A stretch of 62,876 nucleotides of DNA, the filler included, from Octopus bimaculoides (Eukaryota): the NCBI RefSeq assembly GCF_001194135.2. It is 5 parts of 5 records of this genome, joined end to end, with 100 filler letters (N's around TTAATTAATTAA, not from the genome) between each part and the next. Parts side by side here need not be neighbours in the genome. Positions count along the whole stretch, not along the records: positions 1 to 7,994 come from NC_069002.1; positions 8,095 to 29,838 come from NC_068983.1; 3 more parts are not named here. One strand, given 5' to 3'. Of this stretch, positions 1 through 12,832 are shown one piece after another. The translations under genes and the position numbers were made by a program. Numbering within the stretch: the first letter of the stretch is position 1; each line of letters opens with the position of its first letter. The notes under the pieces were generated by a model. That model was given only the letters and a program-made list of their open reading frames with translations, was not told the DNA's origin and did not search any database.

Positions 1-65
<65 letters not shown>

Positions 66-400
66 ATAAAATGAACGTGGAGAGTTGGGTGCAATATAAA
101 CCGTATAGGCAGAATTTAGTCGTCATTAATTGTCAATGTATGTGTTACAAGCACATATATTGCTAGTAATATGAGTTAAACCACTTATAGCTGCATATAA
201 GCACATTCATATATATTGACAGGGGAGATAACTGCCCCACGTGTGAAGCGAAGCTAGAATACTGGACTTTACAGCCTCGTTCTGATTGGAACATTCAATT
301 CTCTCCGCTGGTATTTATATTTGCGATGTGTATTTATGGATGATTTAGCGAAATGCTAAACCGTATAGTATAAAATCAACGTGGGTAGCTGAGTATGTGT

Positions 401-694
401 GAAGGCATGTGGCTAAGTGGTTAGCGTGTTACACTCACGATCGCAAAAACGTGGGTTCGTCTCCTGGACCGACCGATGCGATGTTCTCTTGAACAAAACT
501 TCCATATAACGTTGCCGCAGTTCACTCAGCTGAATACGGACACTCTGCGGCAGACTCGCCTCTCAATCAGGAGGCGGAATGTTGGCCTGCTTGCCGAGCC
601 AGCGGGGTGGCATCATTCGAAAGCTAAAACGATACAAAGTGCATTGTGACCAGCGTTGTATAACAACATCCAATAGTCTGGTCGATCACGTGAT
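401..694 (+). mobile_element. tRNA-derived SINE (family C; V/CORE-like central domain)
   Basis: A-box-like tggctaagtggtta and B-box-like gggttcgtctcc, then ttctcttgaacaaaac...gcagttcactcagctg. This core is shared, in reverse, with 45085-45320 and 46150-46480. Confidence 0.75.
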
Positions 695-937
695 ATGTTT
701 CATGTAGGGCGTATGTGTGTATGCGTATATACTTGCATGCGTTTTTGGTCCCTGTGTGAGTACATGCTTGTTATTATGTCCATATGTATGTGCGCGCACA
801 TGAGTATGTGCATATATATGTACGTAAGTGTATATGTGTATGCGCGTGTGCATCTACGAGTGTGTTTGTGCATATGTGTGTTTAAATTTTTATAAGCATG
901 CTGAATATAAAAGCATGTATATAGAATTTTATATACA

Positions 938-1099
938 TAGCGTAGGAGTGGCTGTGTGGTAAGTAGCTTGCTTACCAACCACATGGTTCCAGGTTCAGTC
1001 CCACTGCGTAGCACCTTGGGCCAGTGTCTTCTACTATAGCCTCGAGCCGACCAAGGCCTTGTGAGTGGATTTGGTAGACAGAAACTGAAAGAAGCCCGT

Positions 1100-1146
<47 letters not shown>

Positions 1147-1316
1147 AACATCGCTTGACAACCGATGCTGGTGTGTTTACGTCCTCCTCAAAAGAGACCG
1201 ATAGAATAAGTACTAGGCTTACAAAGAATAAGTCCTGGGCTCGATTTGTTCGACTAAAGGCGGTGCTTCAGCATGGACACAGTTAAATGACTGAAACAAG
1301 TAAAAGAATAAAAGAG
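938..1316 (+). mobile_element. tRNA-derived SINE family A, full-length, CpG-retaining
   Basis: Head ggagtggctgtgtggtaag...ggttcagtcccactgcg; body ttgtgagtggatttggtagac-gaaactgaaagaagccc; internal (TG)n; tail gactgaaacaagtaaaagaataaaag. More than 15 related copies in the window. Confidence 0.9.
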
Positions 1317-3809
1317 TATGAAGAGTGAGTATGAACATCCATGTGCAATTTCAAATCGTTATAACTTCAGTTTAGTTTTATATACGATATAAATATCCTG
1401 TAACAATTTCTGTTTAGTAATTTAATATGTCTGGTTTAAGATCGTCCATCAAAAATTTATTATAATTTATGATAAATTATGCGTGAAAAATGAATTATTA
1501 CTACGACTTTATTTCAGTGGGACTGTAAAACCCACTGTTTATTCAACTAAACCACGTTTTATGTTAGTACTTGCAGGCAAGAATAACAAGTGTGATTCGG
1601 TGTAGAACTGAAAAATCAGCTGCAAAACCTATTTCTAGATCTCAGAATCACATCGCTGTTTGTTATTCGTAATGTCTATCGGCATTTTTGATAATTAACT
1701 ATCTTCAGAATAAATATATTTAGAAATATAACAAATTCTTTCACTTTTCCTTTTCACGGGTTAATTCATTTCTACCATATATAGAATCAAAGTAATACAA
1801 TTTTAAAATTGCATACTTATATGTACATCATTATTATGTGTGAATTATTGGATCTCCGTTGGTGGTACATATATAAATTTGTGTGTCTGCGTGCTTTCAT
1901 GTAATTACTTGCTTAGGTATTGCCGCTTTCATTCGACTTGTTTATCTATAGTACATCTATAGATAGATGCATTAAGATTCCTCTGTTTACATCTTTATTC
2001 TTGTATATTTCATCTTATTTCGTTCGTTATAAAGACTTGTTTATAGCTGGTTCTTCTCTACGTATCACTAACATCGTATTCTCTTACTTAAATATTTCGA
2101 TTCAGAAGTTTGTAGAGATTTATCTCCCTTTCCAACAATAATTCTCATTCCTATTTGACTCTTTCAAATTCGGTTTTCACAATTTTTTTCATTTTTTTAT
2201 CCCCCAACAATATATTACTTGTTTTTTAAGCTAATTATTTTGTTTTCCGTTTCGTATCTTTTATATATAAGATTTTCATACAAGTTTTGTTTTTTTTATC
2301 TACTTAAATATTAATTTTAAAACTATTTCTTTATATAGACATCTGTGCAACATACTAAATGTGAATGCGCCGTAGAAATGCATGTCACTCTGGTTTCGGC
2401 GATAAAAAAAATAATCTCTTCATAGACATGTGAAAGAAACAATATGTGTGTGTGTACGTGCGCGTATGTATATATGTATGTATGTATGTATCGAAGCTAA
2501 ATCAAATATTGTCGCAGCAGGGACTCACGAGAAGCGTTTCACCTTTCTTGAGGTTTGTCTATAACGTGTAAACATTTGTCACACGCTTGAACGAAATTCC
2601 TGCCTTGATATGCACGAAACATTGAATAACACATGTACTGATACCGTAGAAAGCTTGCCAGGCTGAAAAAAAATTCAGTGAATGCAATCGAAACAGCATT
2701 AAGTTAAAACAGCTTGCCCAGCAGGCATTCCGCAATATCAATAAATGTATTCTCTTTCTTTTATATCGAAGCATGGATTTTGTTCAATTATATGTCAAAT
2801 AAGTGCATTTTATTGACACGCTTCAAAAAAAGATGAAATGCGTCAAACGTACTCAAGAGTTACTGCTACGGTTATGTGTGTATCACTTCGATGTATATTG
2901 TTTTTAACACAACTTGTCTATGAAAAGATTTTCTTTAAGACAAAAAAAAAACCCCTACCGCAACAGACTTTTTCATTAAACTTAATTTTGTTTTTTATTC
3001 TTATATCTTTATTCATTCTTTCTTCCTTTTCTCTTGATCTCACCGTTTCTCGTTTTCTCCCTCTCTATCTCCTGTGATTCAGTTTTACTGTTTCCCCCAT
3101 TTTCTTTTTTCTTTTTTCTTCTTCTTCTCTGTCTCCGAATCCTGTTTTGGTGACCTTGGATCATCTATCTGGCAATCAATTCAGACGTAATGTTACTTCT
3201 ACAGCCGATATGATGTCAACACGTCTTGAAACACTGAAGCCCGAATTGCAAACAACAGGACCAGACAGGTTAACCGTTTAGCTCAAGCGAACAGCCTCTC
3301 TGGTGCAAGTACCACGATAATACAAACTGACCTTATTTGCATTTAAAGTTTAACACCACCACCTGATCTTTGTGTGGTTTTCTGCAAAAGTTCTTCCTTG
3401 ACGGCAGACACATCAATCTCACCAGACTGGGAGGGCATCCTCTCTGTAACTTATTAAATATAGCTTGCTTTAAAGTGTGTGTGGCCACGTGCCAAAATGA
3501 TAAAAGGTAATTATTATTACTGACTTCCGGTGACGGAAGACGTATGTTTCCGCGCACCCAAGGAGTTGAAGAACTACGGTTTACAAGGAAACATAGAATC
3601 GCAATATTAACAGGTTTTTAGTTATTCATTTCTTTTCTTTTTTTTTCTTTTTTTTTTTCTCAAGAGGCTGAACAAGTTTAATATAAAAAATAATTTGTGA
3701 AGGAGGAAATTCTCTGTCAGAATGATTAAAGAGTAATTCTCAGGCTTGACTGACCAACAGCTTCTTCACTTGTGGCTCTTTGCCAATGTGAGAAATCATC
3801 ATTATAAGT

Positions 3810-5190
3810 TCAGGAATGGCAAAATGCCAGAAACGGTAGGGTGTCGAACAAAAGGCCTTGTGAGATTTATTTACGTTTATTTACCTCGTGAGTTCAAATC
3901 TCGACCTTGCCTTTCATCTTTCTGGGATGGTCAAAATATAAAAAAAAACACTAAAAACTGACATCATATCAGTATTTTCTTCCAAATACAACAAAGCTAG
4001 AACTACTTGGCTGAATCGATAGAGCGTCCGGCAAATTACTTGGCGCCAAACCCAGCCGAAATCAGTTATGCCGTTCATCCTTTTGCTGTTCATTAAATAA
4101 AATACCAATGATTTAATCAACAAGCCCCTCCCCTCAAATTTTTGGTCTTGTACATATAACAAAAAGCAATATAAAGCAGCATACTGACAGAATCGTCAGA
4201 CAGCATTTTGACCGATTTAGAAATAATTATTGAGGCGGTGATTTGGTTAAATTGTTGGCGTGTCGAACAAAATACCCTTCGGTAAGTAACGTTCTGAGTT
4301 TAAATTCCGACAAGGTCAGTTTTGCCTTTTATTCTATTAGGGTCGATAAATAAATCCCAGGTAAATACTGGGATCAATAGTATTGATTAATCCCCACCCA
4401 TCAGAATTTCTGGCGAAATCAGACTTGAAACGGCGGCGAACTAGCAGAATTGTTGGCACTTTGGGAAAATACCTAGTGATATTTGTTCCCGCTTTGATAA
4501 AATAAAGAACCAGTGAAGTACCGAAGTCGGTGTAATCGACTTATCTCTCCCCACCCTACTGAAAAGTTTTGTTTCAGTGCCAAAATTTGGAACAATAAGG
4601 TTCGCACATAAAACCGGATAAAATCCTTAGCGGCATTTCTTCCGGATTTACGTCCTGAATTCAAATTCCGCCGAGATCGACTTTATTTTTCATCCTGTCG
4701 GGGTCGATAAAATAAGTACCAGTTGAGGACTAGGGTTGACGTAATCTACCAACCCCTCTCCCGAAATTGATGGCCAGTGTTATAGTAGAAAGAATTATGA
4801 CGGTTCTTGCGGTTGATTAGCAGAATCTATTGTGCGTCGGACCAAATGCTTTAACGCATTTCTTCCGACACTTTATATTTTGAATTCAAATCCCATGGAA
4901 GTCAACTTTACTGTTCATCCTTTTTGGGGTCGATAAAATAAAGAACCAGTCAAATATCGACTAACCACCTCCACCAAATTCCAAGACTTGTACCAATGTT
5001 AAATCCAAAAGCTTTGAATTAATTTCTTCTTATTCTTCATGTTCTGAGATCAAATCCTACCGAAGTGAAAATAGCTTTTTCATCTTTCTGGATTAACTAA
5101 AAACAAAAAAATAAATAAATACCAGTTAACTTTTAGGGTTGCTTTGGATCAATTGGTCTCTCTACTACAAAATAGGGTTTTGTGCCAATA
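3810..5190 (+). mobile_element. Head-to-tail cluster of about 7 decayed family B SINEs
   Basis: Repeated ttcaaattccg...ctttcatcctttcggggtcgataaaataagtaccag motif, all on the + strand. This middle domain resembles the Meta-SINE domain (recalled, not searched). Confidence 0.8.
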
Positions 5191-5204
5191 TTAGAAATCA
5201 TTGG

Positions 5205-5842
5205 CATCGTTACTACTACAACTACTACTACCACTACTACTACCACTTCTACTACTACTACGTCCCACTACTGCTATTACTACTACTTCTTCAGCTCTAC
5301 TGCTGCTACTACTACTACTACTACCATCACTACTGCTGTTGCTACTGCTACTACTACTACCATCACTACTGCTGTTGCTACTACTACTACTACTACTTTT
5401 ACCATGACTATTTCTACTTTCATAGCCACTACTACTTTCACTCCTGCATTAAAAGCTACTACAACACCCACTACCATTACTACTATTAATACCAATACAA
5501 CTATTACGATGACTACCACCTCTACCACCACTACTACTACTACAACCACTTGCACTCCTACTGCAATAAAAACATTAGTTTTACACCCACCGCCATTACA
5601 ACTTCTACTAGTACCAATACCATTATGACTACTATCACTACCACTACTACCCTCACCACCATCACTGCCTCTACTACTACTACCTGTACCCCTATCACCT
5701 CCACTACTACAACCTGTACCCCTATCACCTCCACTACTACAACCTGTACCCCTATCACCTCCACTACTACAACCTGTACCTCTACCACCACCACTACTAC
5801 TGCTGATACTACTACTACTACTAAAACTACTACTACTACTAC
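5205..5842. repeat. Compound (ACT/ACC)n low-complexity tract with a 30-bp minisatellite
   Basis: Unit acctgtacccctatcacctccactactaca repeated about 3.5 times at ~5680-5785, embedded in ACT triplets. Source of the poly-T/poly-V ORFs. Confidence 0.9.
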
Positions 5843-6614
5843 ATGGCAGATATTGATGGCTGATATTGGACGTGGAAATATCTCCAAATCTTGGAATGTC
5901 TGTAGGGGAACCAACAGACATCATTGCCAAGAATCTAACATTATCAGATTCAAAGAATCAGTCTTCAGTGACAACAACAGTTACTCCAGGAATTTGGCTT
6001 CACCAGGTGACCAATGATAAACAAACTGAATTGTATAGCAGAGTCCCAATTATAGGGTGCGGGTTCGAAATGTGTCCAGTGTAATACACGCTTTTTAAGA
6101 AATGGGGTTGTGTATCGATATAAAAAAAGCTGTTGAGAATTTGAAGGGTTTTTTTTCGTCCTTAGACCAGACTTTTTGATAGAATAGATTATCACAAACC
6201 AGCGAGAGAATGCTAGGCGTTGGCTCAACCTGCGAGAAATAGCAACCAAATCTCAGACAAATCTCTCGAGGTGGTCTGAAAAATTAGATGACATTTGGAT
6301 AATGAAATAAAAATAGATAGGGTGAATGAGCAGCGATGGAATAATTTGAATCATAGGTCTCATTATCAGAGCTAAAACAACAACAGCAGTAGTTTACTTG
6401 CTTATTTATTTTTTCTAACTCCATTAACATTTGGGATGCATTCTAGAAATATAAAGCGGTCCCTAATATTTAACTTGTAATTTTTTTTTTTTTTTTTCGA
6501 TCCCCGCTTCCCCAAGGATGAACAATAAATTTGACTTCGGTGTGATTTGAACTCATTACTTAAAACGAGATTATTTGTCCGTGAAACAGAAAAAAAAAAC
6601 TTCAATATTATATT

Positions 6615-6912
6615 CTTTTCTACTCTGGGCACAAGGCCCGAAATTTTGGTGGAGTGGGGACAGTCGATTAGATTACACAACTGGTACTTTTTTTTTTACT
6701 CTAAGCGCAAGGCCCGAAATTTTTTTGCTGGGGTGGTGAGGTGCAGCCAGTCGATTAGATCGACCCCAGTATGCAACTGGTACTTAATTTATCCCCGAAA
6801 GGATGAAAGCAAAGTCGACCTCGGCGGAATTTGAACTCAGAACGTAAAGACAGACGAAATACCTCTAAGCATTTCGCCCGGCGTGCTAACATCTCTGCCA
6901 GCTCACCGCCTT
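6615..6912 (-). mobile_element. Family B SINE with 18-bp target-site duplication
   Basis: aaacttcaatattatatt occurs at 6597-6614 and 6913-6930 (exact). The 3' end of the SINE is locally duplicated. Confidence 0.9.
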
Positions 6913-6962
6913 AAACTTCAATATTATATTGACTTGATCCATCTCGCGAGATCCAGTTTTTC

Positions 6963-7175
6963 TTAAGGTGGCGAGCAGGCAGAATCGTTAGCATGCCAAG
7001 CAAAATGCTTAGCGGCTTTACGTCTATCCTTACGTTCTGAGTGGAAATTCCGCCGAGGTCGACTTTACCTTTCATCCTTTTGGGGTCGATAAAGTAGGTA
7101 CCAGTTAAACACTGGGACCGATGTAATCGACTTAACCTCTCCTTGAAATTGCTGGCCTTGTGCCAAAATTTGGCT
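6963..7175 (+). mobile_element. Family B SINE, inverted relative to the 6615-6912 copy
   Basis: aaggtggcgagcaggcagaatcgttagc...ttccgccgaggtcgacttt...ggccttgtgcc. Confidence 0.9.
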
Positions 7176-7234
7176 TGTCAGATAAATTCATTCGTGTTCT
7201 AAAATCTTTTTTTTAATTCCATTCCATTGTTGTT

Positions 7235-7731
7235 TGAATCACGCACCGTGGTTGTTTTTTCCAACTATGTGGTGTAAGTTTAGTTCAACTGCGCGGCACA
7301 TAGGGTAAGCGTCATCTAATTTACCTCCAGGTCTACCGAAGTCTTGTGAGTGAATTTGGTAGACAGAAACTGAAAAGAAGACCAGCGTGTTTGTGTGTGT
7401 GTGTATGCGTCTGTGTATGTGTGTGTGCCTAATTTGGCAGTTCGGCAAAAGAGATCAGTAGGATAAATTTGTTCGACTAAACCCTTCAGTGTGAAGCCCC
7501 AGCATGGCCACAGTCTAAGGACTGAAACAAGTAAGAGATAAAATATAACACAAAAATATTTTTATCAGGCATGGCTGTGTGGTAAGAAGCTTCCTTTCCA
7601 GCCACATGGTTCCGGGTTCAATCCCAATGCATGGCACCTTAGGCAGGTCTCTTCTACTATAGCCTCGGGACATCTAAAAGCCTTGTGAGTGGCATTGGTA
7701 GATGGAAACTGAAAGAAGATCGTTGTGCAAA

Positions 7732-7772
<41 letters not shown>

Positions 7773-7982
7773 TTGTGTCTGTGTTTGTCCCCTACCACCG
7801 CTGGAAACTAGTGTTGGTGTGTTTACGTCCCCGTAACTTAGCGGTTCGGCAAAAGAGGCCGATAGAATGAGTACTAGGCTTTAAAAAAATGTACTGGGTT
7901 GAATCATTCGAGTAAAATTTCTTTAACGCGGTGCCCCAGCATGGCCGAAATCAAATTACTGAAACAAATAATAAAAGATAAG
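7235..7982 (+). mobile_element. Two tandem family A SINEs (7235-7545 decayed; 7566-7982)
   Basis: Each copy has the family A body and the gactgaaacaa tail. Confidence 0.85.
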
Positions 7983-7994
7983 GGATAATCCGTT

Positions 7995-8094
7995 NNNNNN
8001 NNNNNNNNNNNNNNNNNNNNNNNNNNNNNNNNNNNNNNTTAATTAATTAANNNNNNNNNNNNNNNNNNNNNNNNNNNNNNNNNNNNNNNNNNNN
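7995..8094. other. Artificial assembly spacer (44N-TTAATTAATTAA-44N)
   Basis: Exactly 100 bp. The 12-mer at 8039-8050 has stops in all six frames. Identical structure occurs four times in the window. Confidence 0.95.
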
Positions 8095-8125
<31 letters not shown>

Positions 8126-8199
8126 CACACACCTATGTGTGTGTTTGTGTGGGTACGTTTCTATACTGACATGTGAGTACACAGACGGCCATTTGCTTG

Positions 8200-8425
8200 T
8201 CCTAAAAATCATTGGAAATTTTGGTACAAAATGAGTAATTTTAGTAGACGAGTTAGTCGACTATAGCGATTTTAGTACTTGACTGGTAGTTTATCTTATC
8301 AACCTTGAAAAGATGAACACAAAGTCGACCTCAGCGGGCCTTAAATTCAGACATTAAAGACGATTTAGAAACGCCTCTAAACGTTTTCCCGACGCGCCAT
8401 ATATTCTGCCGGCTCCGCCTGTCCT
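8200..8425 (-). mobile_element. Decayed family B SINE
   Basis: aaagtcgacctcagcgg and acttgactggtagtttatcttatcaacc match the reverse complement of family B. Confidence 0.7.
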
Positions 8426-8546
8426 AATATTAATACGGGACGTTTAGTTCTTATAACAACCGGATACACAAGTATTTGTCTCCCCAGATTCAAGCGAGTT
8501 AGAAAACGTACCATTTTGTCAGTTTTCAAGTAGACAATCTAGGAGT

Positions 8547-8778
8547 TAGTTTTATGCTGTCAACTTAACGTGACAGTCCCCTGAAGGGAATACTACTACT
8601 GTTGGTTAGACCTAGGAAGCTGCACCGCTTCCTGTCGGCCTTGACGCTTTTCCTGTGTCCTTATGTTTACAGGAAACGTGTCAAGGCCGAAAGAAAGCGG
8701 TGCAGCTTCCTAGATCTAACCAACAGTAGTATTATTCCCTTCAGGGGACAGTCACATTAAGTTGACAGCATACAACTA
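8547..8778. mobile_element. Fold-back element (MITE-like), ~110-bp inverted arms with 12-nt loop
   Basis: Left arm 8547-8656 is a near-perfect reverse complement of 8669-8778; loop gtccttatgttt; TA at both outer ends. Confidence 0.8.
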
Positions 8779-9743
8779 CTTCATCGTATCACTACTGCAT
8801 AAATCTCCCTGAGAGATTTAGAAATGTATTATTTCTAAGCATAAGAGTTGTATATCATAGACTAATTCCCTTGAGAACTCCAGAAAAAATACTATCAAGT
8901 GATTTCATAGGATGTATACACAACCCTAAGTCAGGCAACGGAGTATCACATATATATTCAAATCCAAAATTTATATGTGCCTGTACGTGTATATACGTAT
9001 AACTACCTATCTAGATATTCACACACATATACACACACAATCACGCGCATACACACACATATATATATATATACATGCACGCACATACACACGCATATGC
9101 ATATAACCTGTTCTATGTACACACCAATTCGTCATGATCAATCTTAAGCTTGTCAACGTCATAGTCACCTCAAGTTTGTTATCCTCAGTCTCGATAACTT
9201 TGTCGTCTATCGCGATTTTAAAACATTCAACCAAAATGGCATTTCTGTCCTATAGAAACAGTATCTTTTATTTCTTTTTATGAACAGACATTGCCATAAG
9301 CGATTATGTGTGGTAAAAGAATGTAAAAAAAAGTTATGAAGTTTTGTAAAGCATTTTTCAACTTATATTTCCGTAAGTATCCAGACATTAACTACAGCAG
9401 ATGTACAAATACATACTACAAACATATACAATACAACTAATTGAGAAATGAAAGCAAATATTTGTGCATAAAGGGAATCCGTACATGACTGTGTCTGTAG
9501 GTATTGTAGTGTGTAAGTTTATGTTCATAGTTGTAGCAGAAGTGCATTGATTGTATGGAAGTATCTGTAGATCCATAGACTCAGGTGCAAGAGAACTATA
9601 TGCAGACAGGAAGATACTGAACTAAGTAATTATAAACACAAAAACACGGAAAATCCTGATGATAGTCTGGAAAGGTCCACAGACGTTGTTACATAACCCT
9701 TGGATTAAACAAATATATAGGAACGAAATAAAATACAATCATA

Positions 9744-9952
9744 TACTCTTTACTCTTTTACTTGTTTCAGTCATTTCGCTGTGGCTATGCTGGAGCACCA
9801 CCGTTAGCCGAACGAATCGACCTCAGGACTTATTCTTTGTAAGCCTAGTACTTATTCTATCGGCCTCTTTTGCAGAACCGCTATGTTACGGGGACGTAAG
9901 CACATCAGCATCGGTTGTCAAGCGATGGTGGGGGGACAAGCACACACACGTA

Positions 9953-9983
<31 letters not shown>

Positions 9984-10164
9984 ATATATATATATATATA
10001 CGACGGGCTTCTTTCAGTTTCCGTCTACCAAATCCACTCACAAGGTTTTGGTCGGCCCGAGGCTATAGTAGAAGACACTTGCCCAAGGTACCACGCAGTG
10101 GGACTGAACCCGGAACCATGTGGCTGGTAAGCAAGCTACTTACCACAGCCACACCTGCGCCTAT
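9744..10164 (-). mobile_element. Family A SINE, full-length
   Basis: Reverse complement of the 938-1316 consensus; CpGs retained. Confidence 0.9.
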
Positions 10165-10199
10165 ATAACATATTTTCTATTTCTCATCATTGATATATT

Positions 10200-10485
10200 A
10201 ACTGGTGATCGCGCGTGGCTTAGTGGTTATAGGTATTCAGCTCGCGATTGTAAGGTCCTGAGTTCAATTTAAAGTGGTGTGTTGTGTCCATGGGTAAGAT
10301 ACTTTATTTCACGTTGGTCTACTCTATATGGCAAAAATGAGTAGTACCTGTCACACTTCTATGTCACTCTGAATATTATTGAGAACAACATTAAATGTAC
10401 CCGTGTTTGTGCAATACTCAACCATTTGCCCGTTCAATTTACCAGCAGGCAGTCCCGTTGAACATTCGTTGTCGTAACGGACGCA
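10200..10485 (+). mobile_element. Decayed tRNA-derived SINE (family C/D-related)
   Basis: gcgcgtggcttagtggtta head; gtgtccatgggtaagatactttatttcacg core; 3' part similar to 17139-17516. Confidence 0.65.
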
Positions 10486-10629
10486 GTGTAAGATGAGTTC
10501 TTGTGACTGTAAGATGAGTTCATCTGCCGGTATTCGCCGTTACTTTTTTCTCCAATGATGCATCTCTATTTTTTCCACTCTCGTTTTTGCGTTCACAGTT
10601 GATTGGTTTTTAAGTTATTCCCTACGTAT

Positions 10630-11091
10630 TAGGCGCAGGAGTGGCTGTGTGGTAAGTAGCTTGCCTACCAACCACATGGTTCCGGGTCCATTCCCTCTGT
10701 GTGGAAACTGTCTTCTACTATAACCTCGGGCTGACCAAATCCTTGTGGGTGAATTTGGTAGACGGAAACTGAAAGAAGCCTGTCGTTTATANNNNNNNNN
10801 NNNNNNNNNNNNNNNNNNNNNNNNNNNNNNNNNNNNNNNNNNNNNNNNNNNNNNNNNNNNNNATGTATGTATGTATGAGTGTGTATATGTTTGTGTGTCT
10901 GTGTTTCTCTCCCCAACATCGCTTGACAACCGATGCTGGTGTATTTTCGTCCCTCTAACTTAGCGGTTCGGCAAAAGAACCGATAGAATAAGTACTAGGC
11001 TTACAAAAAAAAAAGTCCTGGGGTCGATTTGCTCGGCTAAATGCGGTGCTCCAGTATGGCCGCACTCAAATGGCTGAAACAAGTAAAAGAG
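10630..11091 (+). mobile_element. Family A SINE with internal N gap
   Basis: Head taggcgcaggagtggctgtgtgg and tail gctgaaacaagtaaaagag. Confidence 0.88.
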
Positions 11092-11149
11092 TACGTATGA
11101 CACTGGCTCATTTGTTCTATACTTTTTTTACATTCCTTCTCAACGGTCA

Positions 11150-11310
11150 CATTCGCCAATGCCATTTCCTAAATGGCACTTCAGTTTTTTTTAAGTATTG
11201 CTCTTGTTTTAGCTATAGTTTTCCAGATGAGCCATCTTTCCATATCACAAAGATCGCACTTCCCGCTACCGTTGCTATAAGATTTACACTTGCCAAGATC
11301 TTCCAGTAAA
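11150..11310 (-). mobile_element. Penelope-like element fragment (GIY-YIG C-terminus)
   Basis: Minus-strand translation LGKCKSYSNGSGKCDLCDMERWLIWKT matches the PLE C-terminal Y-x(5-6)-CxLC-x2-EK motif. Confidence 0.75.
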
Positions 11311-12247
11311 TCTTGTAGCTGACACCTTGTTCTTTCAAGAACCATATATGACTGGATCATTTGGTCGGTTTTCATTTATCCCAGTGTCTGAAGATTAAGG
11401 TGTGATTATTGAACCTTTTTTTTTTTGTATTTGCTTGCTTTAAAATTTCCCTCTGATTAGCTGCTTTAAGTTTTTATATATCAAATCCAATCACAAGGCT
11501 TTGGTCGACCCGATACTATAGTAGAAGTCATTTGCCCAAGGTGCCACGCAAGGGGACTGAACCTAAGATTATACAGCTGGGAAGCAAGTTTCTTAGCACA
11601 TGGCTACGCCTAAATTTGGTCACTGTAAATAAATAATTTGCGCGTGTTCTTCAGCAAGTCATTGCACACCCGTCTCTCTAGGACTACCAGATAATATTAT
11701 ATATCATTATATATTGAAATCTGTGTCTTTCTTTGCACGTATGTTTGAGTGCACGTGTCAATATGCGCATGCGTATTGGTGTTTGTTTTTTGGTGTGTGC
11801 TGATTATCGTTAGCTACATCATCGAGAGAAAGAAAAAATAATAACAAGTATGGATGCATTTCTCTCTTCCGAGTCACATTTTATTATTGGAAAACCACAA
11901 TATATATATAAACATATATAAAAAAATGCACACGAATATATTAGAAAGAATATATCTTCGACTTGGCTTAAACACTTTGATATTGGACTGCAACAAACTC
12001 AACTATTCTGGTTCAATGAAAAACATTGTTTGACAAGCTGAACGAGAGTTGTTTATTCGTACATCTAAGGGCTTGCATGAGAAACAAACTTAATATTTGC
12101 GTTCTTTATTTGCCCTGTACATAAATGAATAGGTGCGTGTCTATGTATGTGTGTGTGTGTGTACGTGTGTATGTGTATGTGTATGTATGTAGGAATATAT
12201 ATGTACATATATAAATGAGAATATATGAATCTATCCACCTCTTTTCA

Positions 12248-12398
<151 letters not shown>

Positions 12399-12770
12399 GA
12401 ATTTATGTGATTCTCGCTATGGGTGCAAAAGGTCCTGGGCTCGTCTCCTGGACGAGCCTGGAAAGTCGTTTTTATTTTATGTAGGCGTGTATATGAACTT
12501 AGATGTATATAGCTATATAATATACTCAGACACATATATATTCCTGCTAAGCTGTACGCGTTTTCTAATTTTCGTGCAGGATACATGTGTGTGTGTTTGT
12601 GTGTATTGATTCGTTATCTGAGGGGGAGGAGGGGGTGGGTGAATTATAAATATTGCTAAATATAGCTATGGTTAGATCGTGTCAGAGATTGCATGACTAA
12701 GATCACTGCTAAACTTGTTTGATATCAGATTAGATCATTAGGCCCGTATTATAGAAGTATCTTAAAATCT

Positions 12771-12831
<61 letters not shown>

Positions 12832-12832
12832 T

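Noticed and set aside
938-1020. tRNA-like A/B boxes at SINE heads as tRNA genes
   Set aside because: No complete cloverleaf; each continues into a SINE body.
3464-3835. Apparent + strand exons (3464-3506, 3744-3835: GLTDQQLLHLWLFANVRNHHYKFRNGKMPET), phase-compatible with 5850-6006
   Set aside because: The 3' part and donor lie in the head of a decayed family B SINE, the acceptors are weak, and no homology was recognised.
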